From Oikopleura dioica (Eukaryota > Animalia > Chordata), in NCBI GenBank assembly GCA_907165135.1, contig OU015566.1, positions 310,001 to 374,000 on the forward strand: 64,000 bases of DNA, in the 5' to 3' direction. Positions 1 to 11,799 of the stretch are shown piece by piece. Below the pieces are notes generated by a model that ran no database searches, had not been told where the DNA came from, and was given only the letters and a program-made list of their open reading frames with translations. Position 1 is the first letter of the stretch, and each line of letters starts with the position of its first letter. A program made the translations under genes and the position numbers.

Positions 1-961
1 AGTAATTTGGGAAGAACTAATTTTTGAAATGATTTTATGGAGAAGGGTTTTGATTGGCCGGTAGGCCAAATACGGCAATCTTATTGGTCATCCAAAAATG
101 GTCTTTAGAGATTTGGATTTCCAATATAGGTCGGTCCTAGATCATTTTATAAAAATTAATCGTTTAAGAATTCATTTTTCCTTAATTAATCGTTTCAAAA
201 CTCATTTCTCCAAAATTAAATTTTCCGAAAATTGTTTTAGACCTTTAATTTAACGTGGTTATGAATATTTTGATTTTTTGATCCTGTTTTTAGCTCCGAA
301 ATATGAAAGCAGAATAATTATACTTTATCCAGGTCGGGATAATCCGAGTCAGCAGTATTTTATAAGTTTTAAAGAAAGCTCAGACGCTGGGCTTTCCAAC
401 GCGCCTATTTTTGAGCCATTTCGAGTGAACCCCGACGCCCAAAAAACCGATGGAACAGTTCAAGTGCCTAATTCGGAACTTCAGGTCTCATAAATTGCCT
501 TGCGGGCATGACCCACACCAGTAGATATTGTGCCCAAATAAACGCTCAGCTTCTGGGCTTTCTAAAACTGTATCATAAGACCCCTAAACAAAGCAAGAAA
601 AATGGGCCAAATTTTCATCTTTTAACCCTACGGATACCCGACCAAAAAAAAGGACCTGAATGGAAAAATTTAAGGCTTAGCTATCTTCTGGACATGATCA
701 AATTTTAAATATCAAATGTCAAATGTGAACAAATATCGTTTTTCGATATGCGGGTAGGGGTTAAGATGGATAACCACTGTAGTAAATAACCTTTCAGTTG
801 AATTTTCTGTCTGAAATTTCCGGAATTGTACGCTCACAAAATTTTTCCGAGTTCCCTCAAATCTCCGGAATTGTCCATTTTGCTTGAGTCATATCTAATT
901 ATATGATGTACTCAAATTTAGATTATTCTTGAAACAATATGTAAAGATTTTAAAAAAATAG

Positions 962-1949
962 TTTCAACTCAAACTGAAGGGAACAAAACTTGCCCGATAT
1001 CTCACTAAAATCGGCAAAAATTCTCCATTGATTCTGAAAGCATGGGGTACGGGCATCGCTCAAGAATTCGCGTCTCACTATGTCAACTTCAACCACAGGC
1101 GATATGTGCAAGAGAGATTGCCTGTGTTTCTTTCACATTCTCCTTCTGGAACAAGTCTGAGGAATGTTGTTCATTTCGGCCAGAATATTGGTAAAAAAAG
1201 GATGGCGAAACTCGACTATGGACCAAAAGGGAATCAATTGGTAAGATTCATATCGCGGACATCCCCAACGGGTTTTTCCAAAATTGTCTCGGAGGAACCG
1301 TATACCCTTGCATAGATATTGACCAAAGCATGAACAAAAGCGATTTTTCGACAAAAAGACGGCTTCGTGTATGATACACTTTCTGACATTTTTGATTTGA
1401 CTCGATATTGACTGAAAAATATCACTTTCTCTGAAAAAGGAAAAACGTTTCTTTAAAAACCTACTCGTGGGTCGATATCCGTACAGAGAGAGCAAAAAAA
1501 TCAGTTTTATCGATTTTTTTCTAATAGACATCTTTTTGGTAACTTCAGAAATCCCCAATTATAGCATGGTTCAGGTAACGGTTCCGGTTAAATAGCGACA
1601 GGACGTTGTTGCCAAGAATTGGAAGATCATTTTTACCTCGACCTTTTTTAGTTTATCTCATTTTTGATCTAGAAGGCCCCAACATCGTGCGCAATCAATT
1701 GGTCATTATTTTCTTCAGGAGTACAACAAGGATAGTCCTCCTTTCTATGACTGGTCAAAAATCGACCTGCCTATCCATCTTTTCGTCGGAAGTTCCGATT
1801 GGATTGCAACCGTTAAAGATGTTCAGCAAACGCGACCAAATCTACGAAATTCTACTTTAACAATTATTGAAGACTTCGATCATCTCGACTTTATCTGGGG
1901 AAAAACAGCAAAAGAAGATTTGCATCCAAAAATCATTCAGATTCTTAAA
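962..1949 (+). CDS. Acid lipase family (LIPA/gastric lipase-like, AB hydrolase), last two exons; 5' exons lie upstream of the window
   Basis: Exons 962-1240 and 1719-~1949 join through a GT-AG intron to give ...HSPSGTSLRNVVHFGQ...DYGPKGNQL|EYNKDSPPFYDWSKIDLPIHLFVGSSDWIATVKDV...IEDFDHLDFIWGKTAKEDLHPKIIQILK. This matches the lipase motifs GTS, catalytic Asp (SDW) and catalytic His (HLDFIWG). The last codons are interrupted by a MITE at ~1951. Confidence 0.92.
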
Positions 1950-1950
1950 A

Positions 1951-2182
1951 AGGTGGCGGGCGGCTCTGTTTGCCATTTTGCGAAAGGCGTTCGCAAATTA
2001 CGAACGGCGTTCACAAAATCGAAAAATTTTTGGCAGAAAATCGTTGCTAATTTTTTTAAAATGTGTCCCAGCGGTAGAAAAAGACTGCTCCTGCCAAATC
2101 AATTAGTTCTCTTCAAGAAAATGCGCGAAGCGCACACTCACGGCAAGAATTTTTTCCTTGCGAACGAAGCCGCCCTACACCC
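1951..2182. mobile_element. MITE, GGGTG(TA/GC)GGGCGGC-terminus family
   Basis: Imperfect TIRs AGGTGGCGGGCGGC / GCCGCCCTACACCC with flanks TTAAAAAG / TTAAAAGG. An inverted homologue at 15410-15642 has a clean 8-bp TSD. Confidence 0.8.
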
Positions 2183-3667
2183 TTAAAAGGGGCCATTATA
2201 TTAAATGAACCTTTTTTGATTAAAAATGACTGAATAAAGAATCTTTACTAAAAATATTGGTTATCTTTGTGTAGGTACCCGCTGAAAACAAGAAGTGGTC
2301 GATATCGTACATTTTTTTTTGCTCAAACTTTAAGACTATACTAAATAAGGACCGAAAAGATCAATCGTGATCACGAAAATTCAAAAAAAAATTCATTTTG
2401 GGGTCATTTCAGGTCATTGAAATCCCGAGATAAAAATTTCTAGAACATCTGTACTCGGGGTACTTTCACATACCAACATGTTCGGAATCCAAAACTGAGT
2501 CGATTAGGACCCATCTTGAGCACAACAAAAGAATCGTTCAATATATAATTACAAATAATCGATTATTAGCGGTCCGCCTACGCATTTTTTACCCTAACCC
2601 TTACCCTAAAATGTCCTATTTTAGACCAGTTTTTGGCCCTAGAATTTTTCGACCGCTTCCGACTGTTCGATTAGTGACATATTTGGAAAGCATTTTCCAT
2701 CCTCTTTCGGTATCCTTAAAAAAGAATGATTCATTGCGAAAAAGAACCATTCTTTGAAAAAAGAATCATTCTTCACAAAGAATGGAACCCGCCGTCTACC
2801 CTTTCGATCTATCCGAGTTTCAAAGTTGGGGTGTGATGGGGTAACAAAGGCGAGCCAAAAAGCCTAAATTTGTAACGAGAATTCGGTCACTTTTTTCGAA
2901 AAAATTTTTTTCTTCTTCGCTCAAAAATAAGTGACTTTCATTGCCCACTAACTTCAACGCACAAAAAGAGCATAAGAAGATAGTTTGAAAAAGGCCACTC
3001 TAATTTCAGCGGGTACCTAATCTTTGTGTGATATCTTAAGTTTTCTTGAATTTATTAATGACATCAGTTAATTTTTCGCCTCAAAATTACAATTAAATTT
3101 AATAATAAGGGTCTCGTCGATTTTAATTGATGAAATCAACCAGCTTGTCTTCATTCTTAGAAATAAATTTACCTCGGGTACCTGATTTAGTGTCGCTTTT
3201 TTGGTCCTGAAATTCCAAAATAACGACACATAATTGGAATCGAATGGCTGCCGAGATTGGGGTTTCCTTACTTGGTAAAATTCCTTACTTGGTAAAATTC
3301 CTTACATGGTAAAATTCCTCACTTGGTAAAATTTTTTTTCTTTACCAAGTAAGGAATTTTACCAAGTAAGGAATTTTACCAAGAAAGGAATTTTGAAACG
3401 AAAAGTATTCAAAAACAAAAAACCGAGCATATTGACATGATAAGTATTCTGTGCGACCCCCTCTCCGAGACAATTTTTCAGATTTCAAATTTTCTCAAAT
3501 TTATGTTTCGGTATAATTTTTTTTTAAATTTTTGCGAAGCGAATTCTGCTCTCCAGAACGAAGCGAAGCGAAAGCGAATTCCCAAATTTACGCTTAAATT
3601 TTCGCAAAGCAAGCGGCTTTGTTATTCGGAGGATTCTTAATAAATGAGTTGGAAAAGGCATTATTGA

Positions 3668-3930
3668 GGGGGACGGGCGGCTACGTTACAAATTTGTAAC
3701 GCCGTTACAATTTTGTAACGCCGTTACAAAAATTCAGATTTTTTTCGCAATAAAAATTATTTTCCATTCCGAAATTCTTATTATTTTGGACAGAATAAGC
3801 AATAAGGTTAACCAAAAAGTAGTTTCCTTCAATTCAAGCGCGAAGCGCACACTCATTCGATGATTTTGATCTTGAATTTTTGTAACGCCGTTACAATTTT
3901 AACTACTTGTAACGTAGCCGCCCTACACCC
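3668..3930. mobile_element. GGG-terminus MITE with 8-bp TSD, nested in the MULE
   Basis: GGGGGACGGGCGGCTACGTTAC ... GTAACGTAGCCGCCCTACACCC; TSD ATTATTGA. Confidence 0.8.
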
Positions 3931-4291
3931 ATTATTGATGCTATTTTTTGCGCGGAAAGCCTTGCTTTAAATTCAAGTTTTCTCCGTCTTGTCAAGACGA
4001 GTCTAATGGCGGGTCTAATTCTTGATAAATCCAAGGAAGCTGGTTACCGGAAAACACGTTGTCACCAGCCGTTCTTATTGTAAGTTTACTAGAATAAATT
4101 TTGAATGGTCAGAAGGATCTTTATGAACAGGGCTTATCTAAAATCGAAGATGACCGCCATATCTCATCTCCAATCGAGCAGGGGTGAACATTTGGGCAAG
4201 AAATCGTCGGTTGGCCGTCCGAATGCCCGGCAGAAATCAAGGTCCAAGAATCGCGCCTTCCGAATGCCCGGCCGAGCCGAGGTGCCCGAAC

Positions 4292-4691
4292 CAGAGTTCG
4301 AAATTTGTTGGCAGTACTGCCACGACTGCCACTGGCAGCTGCCAATTTGGCAATGGCAGTAAAATTTTTCAATGGCTGCCAGTTATTGGCAGCTGCTAAG
4401 CTACTGCCACTTCGAAAGATATTAATTTCTTTATAAATTTTTCTTTCTAGAACCACAAAAAACAGCGCTTATGATCCAAATTCGCTCCCGAGCTCTATAT
4501 TATTCAATCTTTATAATCAAAAGAGACATTTATATCTCTGATATCGTCTCTTTTATATGTTTTACTTGTCGAAAAGACTGTTTTGAACTAAGTTTGACTT
4601 TAAAAAATTTTAAAAATAGCATCGAAATTGGCAGCTTTTGGCAGTCATTTGGCAGTGGCAGTCGCCATTTTCTTTCAGATTTCGAACTCTG
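4292..4691. mobile_element. hAT-like MITE (CAGAGTTCGAAAT TIR, GGCAGT-repeat subfamily)
   Basis: TIRs CAGAGTTCGAAAT / TTTCGAACTCTG; flanks GCCCGAAC / CCCCGAAC (7 of 8 match). Confidence 0.8.
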
Positions 4692-5033
4692 CCCCGAACT
4701 GCTCGAAGATACCCAAAAATGCCCAAAAATGGTCGGGCAGGTAACCAAAGTGCCTCAAACGCCCAGTTTGGCAATAATTTTCGACTTTCAAGTCAACAGA
4801 ATCGGACTGGTGATGGGATTTTCGAAAGGAAAAATAAATTTCGAGGGGCTTTGAAATTAAGGAATTTTCTTCGCCGCTGGCTTTACCAACTGCCCGAAAG
4901 CGCCGAACTGCCCGAAAGTGCCCAACTTCAAGTTTGGCACAATGCAATGCAATGCCCAAATGCCCGCTCTTGCCCTAATTATTGATCAGCGAAAATTTGT
5001 CTCGGAGAGGGGTCGCACAAAATACTTATCATC

Positions 5034-6270
5034 CAGGGGTCTGGATTTTGGCCAAAAATGAAAAGCGAAAGCGAAGCGAAAGCGAAAAATTTTCAAAAAT
5101 TTTAAGCGAAAGCGAAGCGAAGCGAATCAAAATTTCGCGAGCGAAAGCGAAGCGAAGCGAAAAATTTTTCTAAAAAGCGAAAAAAAGCGAAAAATTTCCG
5201 GAAATATTTAACCTTTGAGAAAGTGTCCCTTTCAAGTATGGTTTCATTTTTATTACTTTTTCGGAAATTTGGACGGTGGTCTCAGTTTGCCCGCGTCGCC
5301 GTTAACCCAAGTCGCCGTCTCCCAAAATCGTCGTTTACCTTACTTTGGTAAACGGAGATCTTGGGCAAACAGCGATGTGAATAAATTTATAAAGATTGAT
5401 AATTATACATTGTTTGGCTTCTCAAACGTCAATCTTGGCTTCATCAATGCCAGTCCTGGCTTCACATATTTCAATCATGTCTTCTTCAATATCATTAATA
5501 TTTTATCAACAATGGTTTATCCATCGTCAAGTCTGCTTTCAACATTTTCAAATTTTGGCTTTACCGACTTCAATCATGGCTTTTCCAATCTCAATCCCGG
5601 GTTTATCGACGTCAATTACGACTTCTCCAACGTCAATCGTGGCTTCTCCAATGCTAATCTAATCTTGAAAAAGCCATGATCGACAACTGAGAAGCCGGAA
5701 CTTACGTCTGAGAGGCTAGGATTGAAATTAGTGACACCCGGATCGGTTTTGCCGGGATTGATGTGAAGCCGGAATCGATGCTGGAGATGCCAAGATTGAT
5801 ATTTAACCAGCCAGGATCGACGTCTGAAAAGCAAGGATCGAAGTTTTTGAAGCCGGGATTGAAGATGGTGATGTCAGGATTGATTGTGGGGAGGCCAATA
5901 CATGAAATTATAAGATCAATCAATTTAAATTATAATACATCGCCCTTTGTCCAATTCGCCGATTCCCCAAGTTGGGAAAACAGAGATGAAAACTATAAAA
6001 TTTCTCTCAGCACAGCTTTTGCAAGTGCCAGCTTACCTCATTCAGAAAAATTTCCACTTGAGTTTAAGCTAAAGCTAAGCAAAAAGGCGAAATTTTCAAC
6101 TCCTGGAAAGAATTCTTTCGAGCGAAATTTTCGCGAAAATTTTTGGTGAAAAGCGAAAGCGAAGCGAAGCGAATTGTAATTACAAAAAGCGAAAGCGAGG
6201 CGAAGTGAATTCGCTTCGCTTCGCTTCGCTTCGCTCATGAGCGAATTCGCAAAGCGAATCCAGACCCCTG
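5034..6270. mobile_element. TIR element with GCGAA(G/A)-repeat arms carrying captured internal sequence
   Basis: Perfect 14-bp TIR CAGGGGTCTGGATT / AATCCAGACCCCTG; direct repeat TATCATC on both flanks. It interrupts the right TIR of the enclosing MULE. Confidence 0.75.
5405..5895. repeat. Degenerate 21-bp (heptad-period) tandem repeat in two inverted halves
   Basis: Units resembling GGCTTCTCCAACGTCAATCCC run on + from ~5405 to 5660 and as the reverse complement from ~5660 to 5895. Confidence 0.7.
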
Positions 6271-7767
6271 TATCATCATGATAATATCATGTCAATATGC
6301 TCGATTTTTGTTTTTGAATATTTATCGTTTCAAAATTCCTTACATGGTAAAATTCCTTACTTGGTAAAATTCCTTACTTGGTAAAGAAAAAAAATTTTAC
6401 CAAGTAAGGAATTTTACCATGTAAGGAATTTTACCAAGTAAGGAATTTTACCAAGTAAGGAAACCCCGCCGAGATTAAATACGAATTTGTAATAACTACA
6501 TTTTTCTAGTATCTTTTGATATTTTTCTCGTTACTGGCACTAATTTTGAGCCTCATTACTCAAAATAAAGCGCCCCTTGTATTAATTTGGTCGAAACTTC
6601 GCAAAAAAGTCGTTTTTACTCATAAAAATCAAGTTTAAAGTCACTCATAAGATTGGGGCATTTCGCATGGATTTTATAGAATATGCTGTTATTGGTTTTT
6701 AAAATTGGGTTAATTAAATTAAAAAAAATTGCCCTTCTAGCAAAATAAGTTTGCAAAAACAGTGTTGTTCGAAAAAGCGACACTTAATTAGAACTTGTTC
6801 GTTCCGGCTTTCTGTAAAAACGACACTAAATCGGATACCTGAGGTTAATTATCGGATCGGTCGTTGGAATTTTCTACTTGCTTATTTGATTAAAGTCAAA
6901 TTTTATTAATTTTAAAGTATAAGGACACCTCATAAAACAAAGATTTTATGGTTCTTGTAAACATATCTAGAATTTTTTTGTTATAACTTGTCATTTATCA
7001 GTCTTTTATGTTTCTCAAGACAATGGACATCTTATATCGTATTATAGTACGCAATAGATTGTTTCCAACATTAAAAAATTTAGAAACTATACAATTAGTC
7101 TCTGACTATTAATATTTGGGGATTTTGAATGGAGTTTAGATAACATCCGGTTCTGGGTTATTTAAATCTTAAAAAATTGCCAATCTAGCGTAATGCGATT
7201 GCAAAATCAGTGTTCTTCGAAAAGGCGACTTTAAATTAGTATTTGCAGGGTACTGTTTTTGTTTTTAAATTTGTTACATAATCGAGTAGCTGAGGTATTT
7301 CTTTCTCTTAAAATTTTGAAAACAAATAATTTGAAAAATTTTCATTGGTGGAAGATTGAGATTTTTCTAGAATTGAGTATTTATTTTATGTCAAATACGT
7401 CTAGTATCTTAGTTACCAATATGTCGTATCCGGGAAATCAAGGAAAAGGATCAAAATCAGAGTTTGAAAAAATGGTGAGCGCGAGCCACGAGCGAGCGTA
7501 AGCGAGTGAGCGAGCGCTCATGCTCACTCGCTTACCATAAAATTCTGGGCCGCCGCTCTCGCTCACTCGCGCTCGCCAACAGTTATTTTTAGTTAATGCA
7601 CCCTGGAGACAAAGTATTACGATATTTGAGAGATTTCTCTTTTAATCGCGTTATAATGCCCGTAATCAACGTTTTATATGAAATCACGCGTTAAAAATTA
7701 TTATTATTAGAATTTTCAAGGAAAAACTCGCTAGAAAGGCCCCCGAAAAGCTGCGAGTGAGCGCGAG

Positions 7768-8589
7768 CAGAGTTCGAAATCTGGTAGAAAATCCGTGCTC
7801 CCGCTCCCTCCCTGCTCCCTCACCCTGAAAAAAAGGGAGCTCCCTCGTAAAAAAACCGTGCTCCTGCTCCCTCCCTGCTCCCAAAAAAGGGAGCTTCCTT
7901 TGGGAGCTCCCAATTTTGCTCCCTTTCTCAAATTTCAAAAATTTTCGAAAGTTTTTAATTTTATTAAGTAAACTCTAAGTAGCAAAACCATCGTTGTATG
8001 GTTATTATATAGCAATGATAAAGAAAGTATAAATAGGCATAATGCCAAATAGGCGAATTTCGTGAATGACTTCAATATTTTCTTATTAAAATTACATAAC
8101 CAAATTTAGGTCAATTCTAGGCTATTTATTGATATTAAATTTCAGAAGAGACATTTAAAAATAAATCTAATAAAAAAAAAACGTCTCTTCTAATGAAAAT
8201 CTGAGCAATCACGGTATCATAATTAATAATTATGCTTATAATCTGAGAAAAATACATTATGTTGAAATTATTAAAGTCAAACTAGATATAATTTTGGCTA
8301 TATATTTATATGATATTTTAAAAGAGGCGTTTATAAACATATCTAGTGAAAAAAACGTCTCTTCTAAGAGAAAAACTATAAAGTTAGCGTTTCTCATTTT
8401 TCGGTGCGCAGATTAGATTCTAGACTAAAAATTGTTGATTTTCAAAAAATTTTTGAAATTGGGAGCAAATTGGGAGCTCCCAATTTACTCCCAGCCCTGA
8501 AAACCTGTGCTCCTGCTCCCTCCGTGCTCCCAAAAAAGGGAGCTCCCTTTGGAAGCTCCCAATTTTACTCCCATAGATTTCGAACTCTG
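7768..8589. mobile_element. hAT-like MITE (CAGAGTTCGAAAT TIR, GGGAGC-repeat subfamily)
   Basis: Perfect 8-bp TSD AGCGCGAG. A shorter inverted copy lies at 47450-48056. Confidence 0.85.
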
Positions 8590-9277
8590 AGCGCGAGCGA
8601 GCGAGCGAGCGCTCGTGCTCGCTCACACAACAAAAATATTTCGGGTCTGCGCTCACACTCACTCACTTGCGAAAAAAATTAAAGAGTGTCTGCTCGCGCT
8701 CGCTCACTCACAAAAGTTATGACCATTTTTTCAAACACTGATCAAAATCACCAGCAACCTCGACAAGTTTTGACCAAGAGACCTCGAAATTTTGAATTCT
8801 CGTTATTATTCCTTTATCTAAAAGGGGTAGAACTAGATTTTTCGACAAATGGCGATTTTTCACTGGCTCTAAAAAGCAGCGAAACTAAGATTTTTTAATT
8901 ATGAAATTTTGTCAACGCAATTTAGCGGTAGAGAACGAAACACCAACCCATCTCGTCAAAAATCCCGATTTTCGCCCATTTTCAATCTCGATTATCTCAA
9001 GTGAAGTGATTCTCCGATAATTTTATTTTAGGAGTATCTATCTGATAGATTTTATTTGAAGCTAATGAGCACTATTCAGTCTCAAAAGAAACATTTTACG
9101 TAGTGAAAGAATAAAAAATCGTCTCTTCCGATAGATCTTAAATAGTGAACAGCAAATTTGGGTCGCGGGCGCCCTGGTTCACAATTTCGTGAACCCGGTT
9201 CACAATTTTGTGAACCTGGTTCACAATTTCGGTCAAAAAAATGACTCAAATTGACTTAATGCGCGGTTGTAGAGAAC

Positions 9278-11312
9278 GAGGACCGACATTTTAATCACTT
9301 TGACATTTTAATCCTTTCTGCACTTTAATCACTTTTGCATTTTAATCACTGTCAACATAAGTGATTAAAATGCAAAAGTGATTAAAATGCGGAAGTGATT
9401 AAAATGTTGTTTTCAGAACATAATTCTTAGAAAGTGATTAAAATGCAAGAGTGATTAAAATTTCGGTATATTTTTCAAAGATGCAAACAACTACGCCTGA
9501 AAAAATTTTCGACGACCCCCCTCCAGGAGAATTTTATTTTTTTAAATTTTTTAAGTCGGGTCAGGAGCATAAACCCAACGCAAACGCAAAAATAAATACA
9601 AAACTCGGACCGAAATTTGAACAAAGCCCCTTGACTTGAAAATTTTATAGAAAGTCTAGGTTTAAAGCGTCCAATTAACCTCTTCGGAATGGTCAGTGGT
9701 CGCTGCCAACAGAGTTTGAAATGCTCGCGAATGCTCGCGAGCGCGAAGAGCAAGAGCGAAAATTTATCATTGCTCTCAGAGCAGGGGAGCGGGAGCATGA
9801 AAATGAAGTTGGCTCGAGGGCCAAAAAAGGGTGAGCCCCAATTTGAAACCGCTCGCGAGCGCATATGTCGGCAATGCTCGGGAGCAGGGATGTAAATCAC
9901 CACAACCACCCCACCACTGTGGTGGGGTGATTTTCCACCACCACCTTTTTTCAGTGGTGGTGGTGGGGTGAATTTTAACCAACCACCATTTTCAGTGGTG
10001 GTGGTGGGGTGATTTTTCACCACCAGCCTTTTTGAGTGGTGGTGGTGGGGTGATTTTTCACCACTCAAATGGTGGTTGTGGGGTGGTAAATCTATTGGCA
10101 AAATTATCTAAAAATATTCTCCAAAAGTGAAAATAATAAATAAAATCGTGATAGCGGTACTCGAAAAATGATACCTGGCCCTTTTTTATTGAAAAATAGG
10201 CTCTGATGATAAATTTATCACGTCGAAAATGGTTACTGTGGGGAAATTTTTCACCATTTTCAGTGGTGGTGGTGGGGTGATTTTTCACCATCACCATTTT
10301 CAGTGGTGGTGGTGGGGTGATTTTTCACTATCACCATTTTCAGTGGTGGTGGTGGGGTGATTTTTTTCACCACCGACCACCCCACCATTTTGCTGTGGTG
10401 GGGTGAAAATGGTGGGGTGATTTACATCCCTGCTCGGGAGCTAGACGAGCGGGACTGGCTGCTCTCATGCTCGCCATGGATTTGACCCGCGAGCGAGCAA
10501 GGCTCGCGAGCAAAATTAATAGAAAAATTTTTTCACGTTATTATTCTTTTCATCGATAAATTACCTCGCGGATCAGTTTTTCGCGTTTTTCGTTTTGTGT
10601 AAGCTTCATTAGAGCCGTAATCTCGGCAGTAGAACGCGAAAGGCCGAGAGCAGGATTTAAAAAGTCTGAACATACTCAGCTCAATGAAATTCCAACGTGT
10701 CGTGCTCAGTCGTACTCAAGCTCAGTTGAATTGAGCATTCGCCGTGCACATGCTCACGAAAGTCTTAAATTTGCGCTCAAGTGCTATGAGCACGTCTGAG
10801 CACAAATTCGCTTTCAATAGCTTTATCTTGGATCAATTGATCTACTTTACGACCTATAAATGAAGATATGGGGCCCTTTTGGTCTTCAAAAAACAGATCA
10901 GTAGTCTGCAAGTTTGATCTTGTTGTCTTCTTAGGATAATAATTATTTTTTTCAAAGCGCACAACCTTAATTCTATAGCCTGTAGTCTATAGGGCCCTAA
11001 TGAGTTACTAGTAATAATTAATATTAGCTTTAGACTATAGCCTATAGACTATTTCTTAAGTTCAAATTTTGGCTCGAGTTTTGTTTTTATTTTTGATTTT
11101 GCGTTGGGTTTATGTTCCTGACCCGACTTAAAAAATTTAAAAAAAAGTCTCCAGGAGGGGGGTCGTCGAAAATTTTTTCAGGCGGAGTTGTTTGCATCTT
11201 TGAAAAAAATACCGACATTTTAATCACTCTTGCATTTTAATCATTTTCTAAGAATTATGTTCTGAAAACAACATTTTCATCACTTCCGCAAGTGATTAAA
11301 ATGTCGGTCCTC
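9278..11312. mobile_element. MULE-like long-TIR element, nested
   Basis: GAGGACCGACATTTTAATCAC ... GTGATTAAAATGTCGGTCCTC; flanks GTAGAGAAC / GTAGAGAAA (8 of 9 match); inverted arms several hundred bp long. Confidence 0.75.
9885..10432. mobile_element. hAT-like MITE (CAGGGATGTAAATCACC TIR) with GTGGTGGTGGGGTG repeats
   Basis: Perfect 8-bp TSD CTCGGGAG. A 548-bp, near-identical inverted copy lies at 27249-27796. Confidence 0.9.
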
Positions 11313-11799
11313 GTAGAGAAAGCTTATAACGTCAAAAATGAGTTTCTCTATGAAATCAGGCGCGGAGCGCATAAAGATCCCTGATTTCATTCTTTTGAAA
11401 ATTTTGTGAACCGGGTTCACACAGATTGTGAACCGGGTTCACACAGATTGTGAACCGGGTTCATAAAATTGTGAACCGGGTTCACAATTGTGAACCTGGG
11501 CGCCCTTCACCCGCAAATTTCGAACCCTCGAATCTATCACGAAATTGCGTTATCTTTGAAAATGATAATGCTGGCCCGAAAAATTTTAGGTCTCGAACTT
11601 TTGAATTTTCGAATTTGAATAACGAATATCTCTTGATCTCCTTAATTTTCGCTACTTATATCTTTCTTAGCCTTAGCCGGTCAAAAGTTATTATTCTTGG
11701 TTAGGGTTCGGTATTGGGTCTAAATATCAAAAAAATTTTTTTTCTGTTAAATAAAGAACAATTTTTCTAAAATTTTTAATAATTGCTTTAAATACGATT

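Larger units (their letters stand above)
3259..6467. mobile_element. Non-autonomous MULE/foldback-like element with long tandem-repeat TIRs
   Basis: Termini GGGGTTTCCTTACTTGG / CCAAGTAAGGAAACCCC; perfect 9-bp TSD GCCGAGATT (3250-3258, 6468-6476). The TIRs are built from a 17-bp unit, ATTCCTTACTTGGTAAA. Confidence 0.85.
9160..11512. mobile_element. GGG-terminus element with 8-bp TSD, enclosing nested elements
   Basis: Termini GGGTCGCGGGCGCCCTGGTTCAC / GTGAACCTGGGCGCCCTTCACCC; TSD GCAAATTT; subterminal GTGAACCGGGTTCACA repeats. Confidence 0.8.

Noticed and set aside
9475-10101. 208-aa His/Thr/Gly-rich ORF, the longest in the track
   Set aside because: It is a translation of the GTGGTGGTGGGG repeats of an hAT MITE and its flanks. 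The same sequence recurs at 27249-27796.
3259-11500. Regular short repeats (17-bp, GTGAACCGGGTTCACA, GTGATTAAAAT) resembling CRISPR arrays
   Set aside because: No unique spacers and no cas genes. They are mirrored subterminal repeats of TIR elements in a eukaryotic genome.
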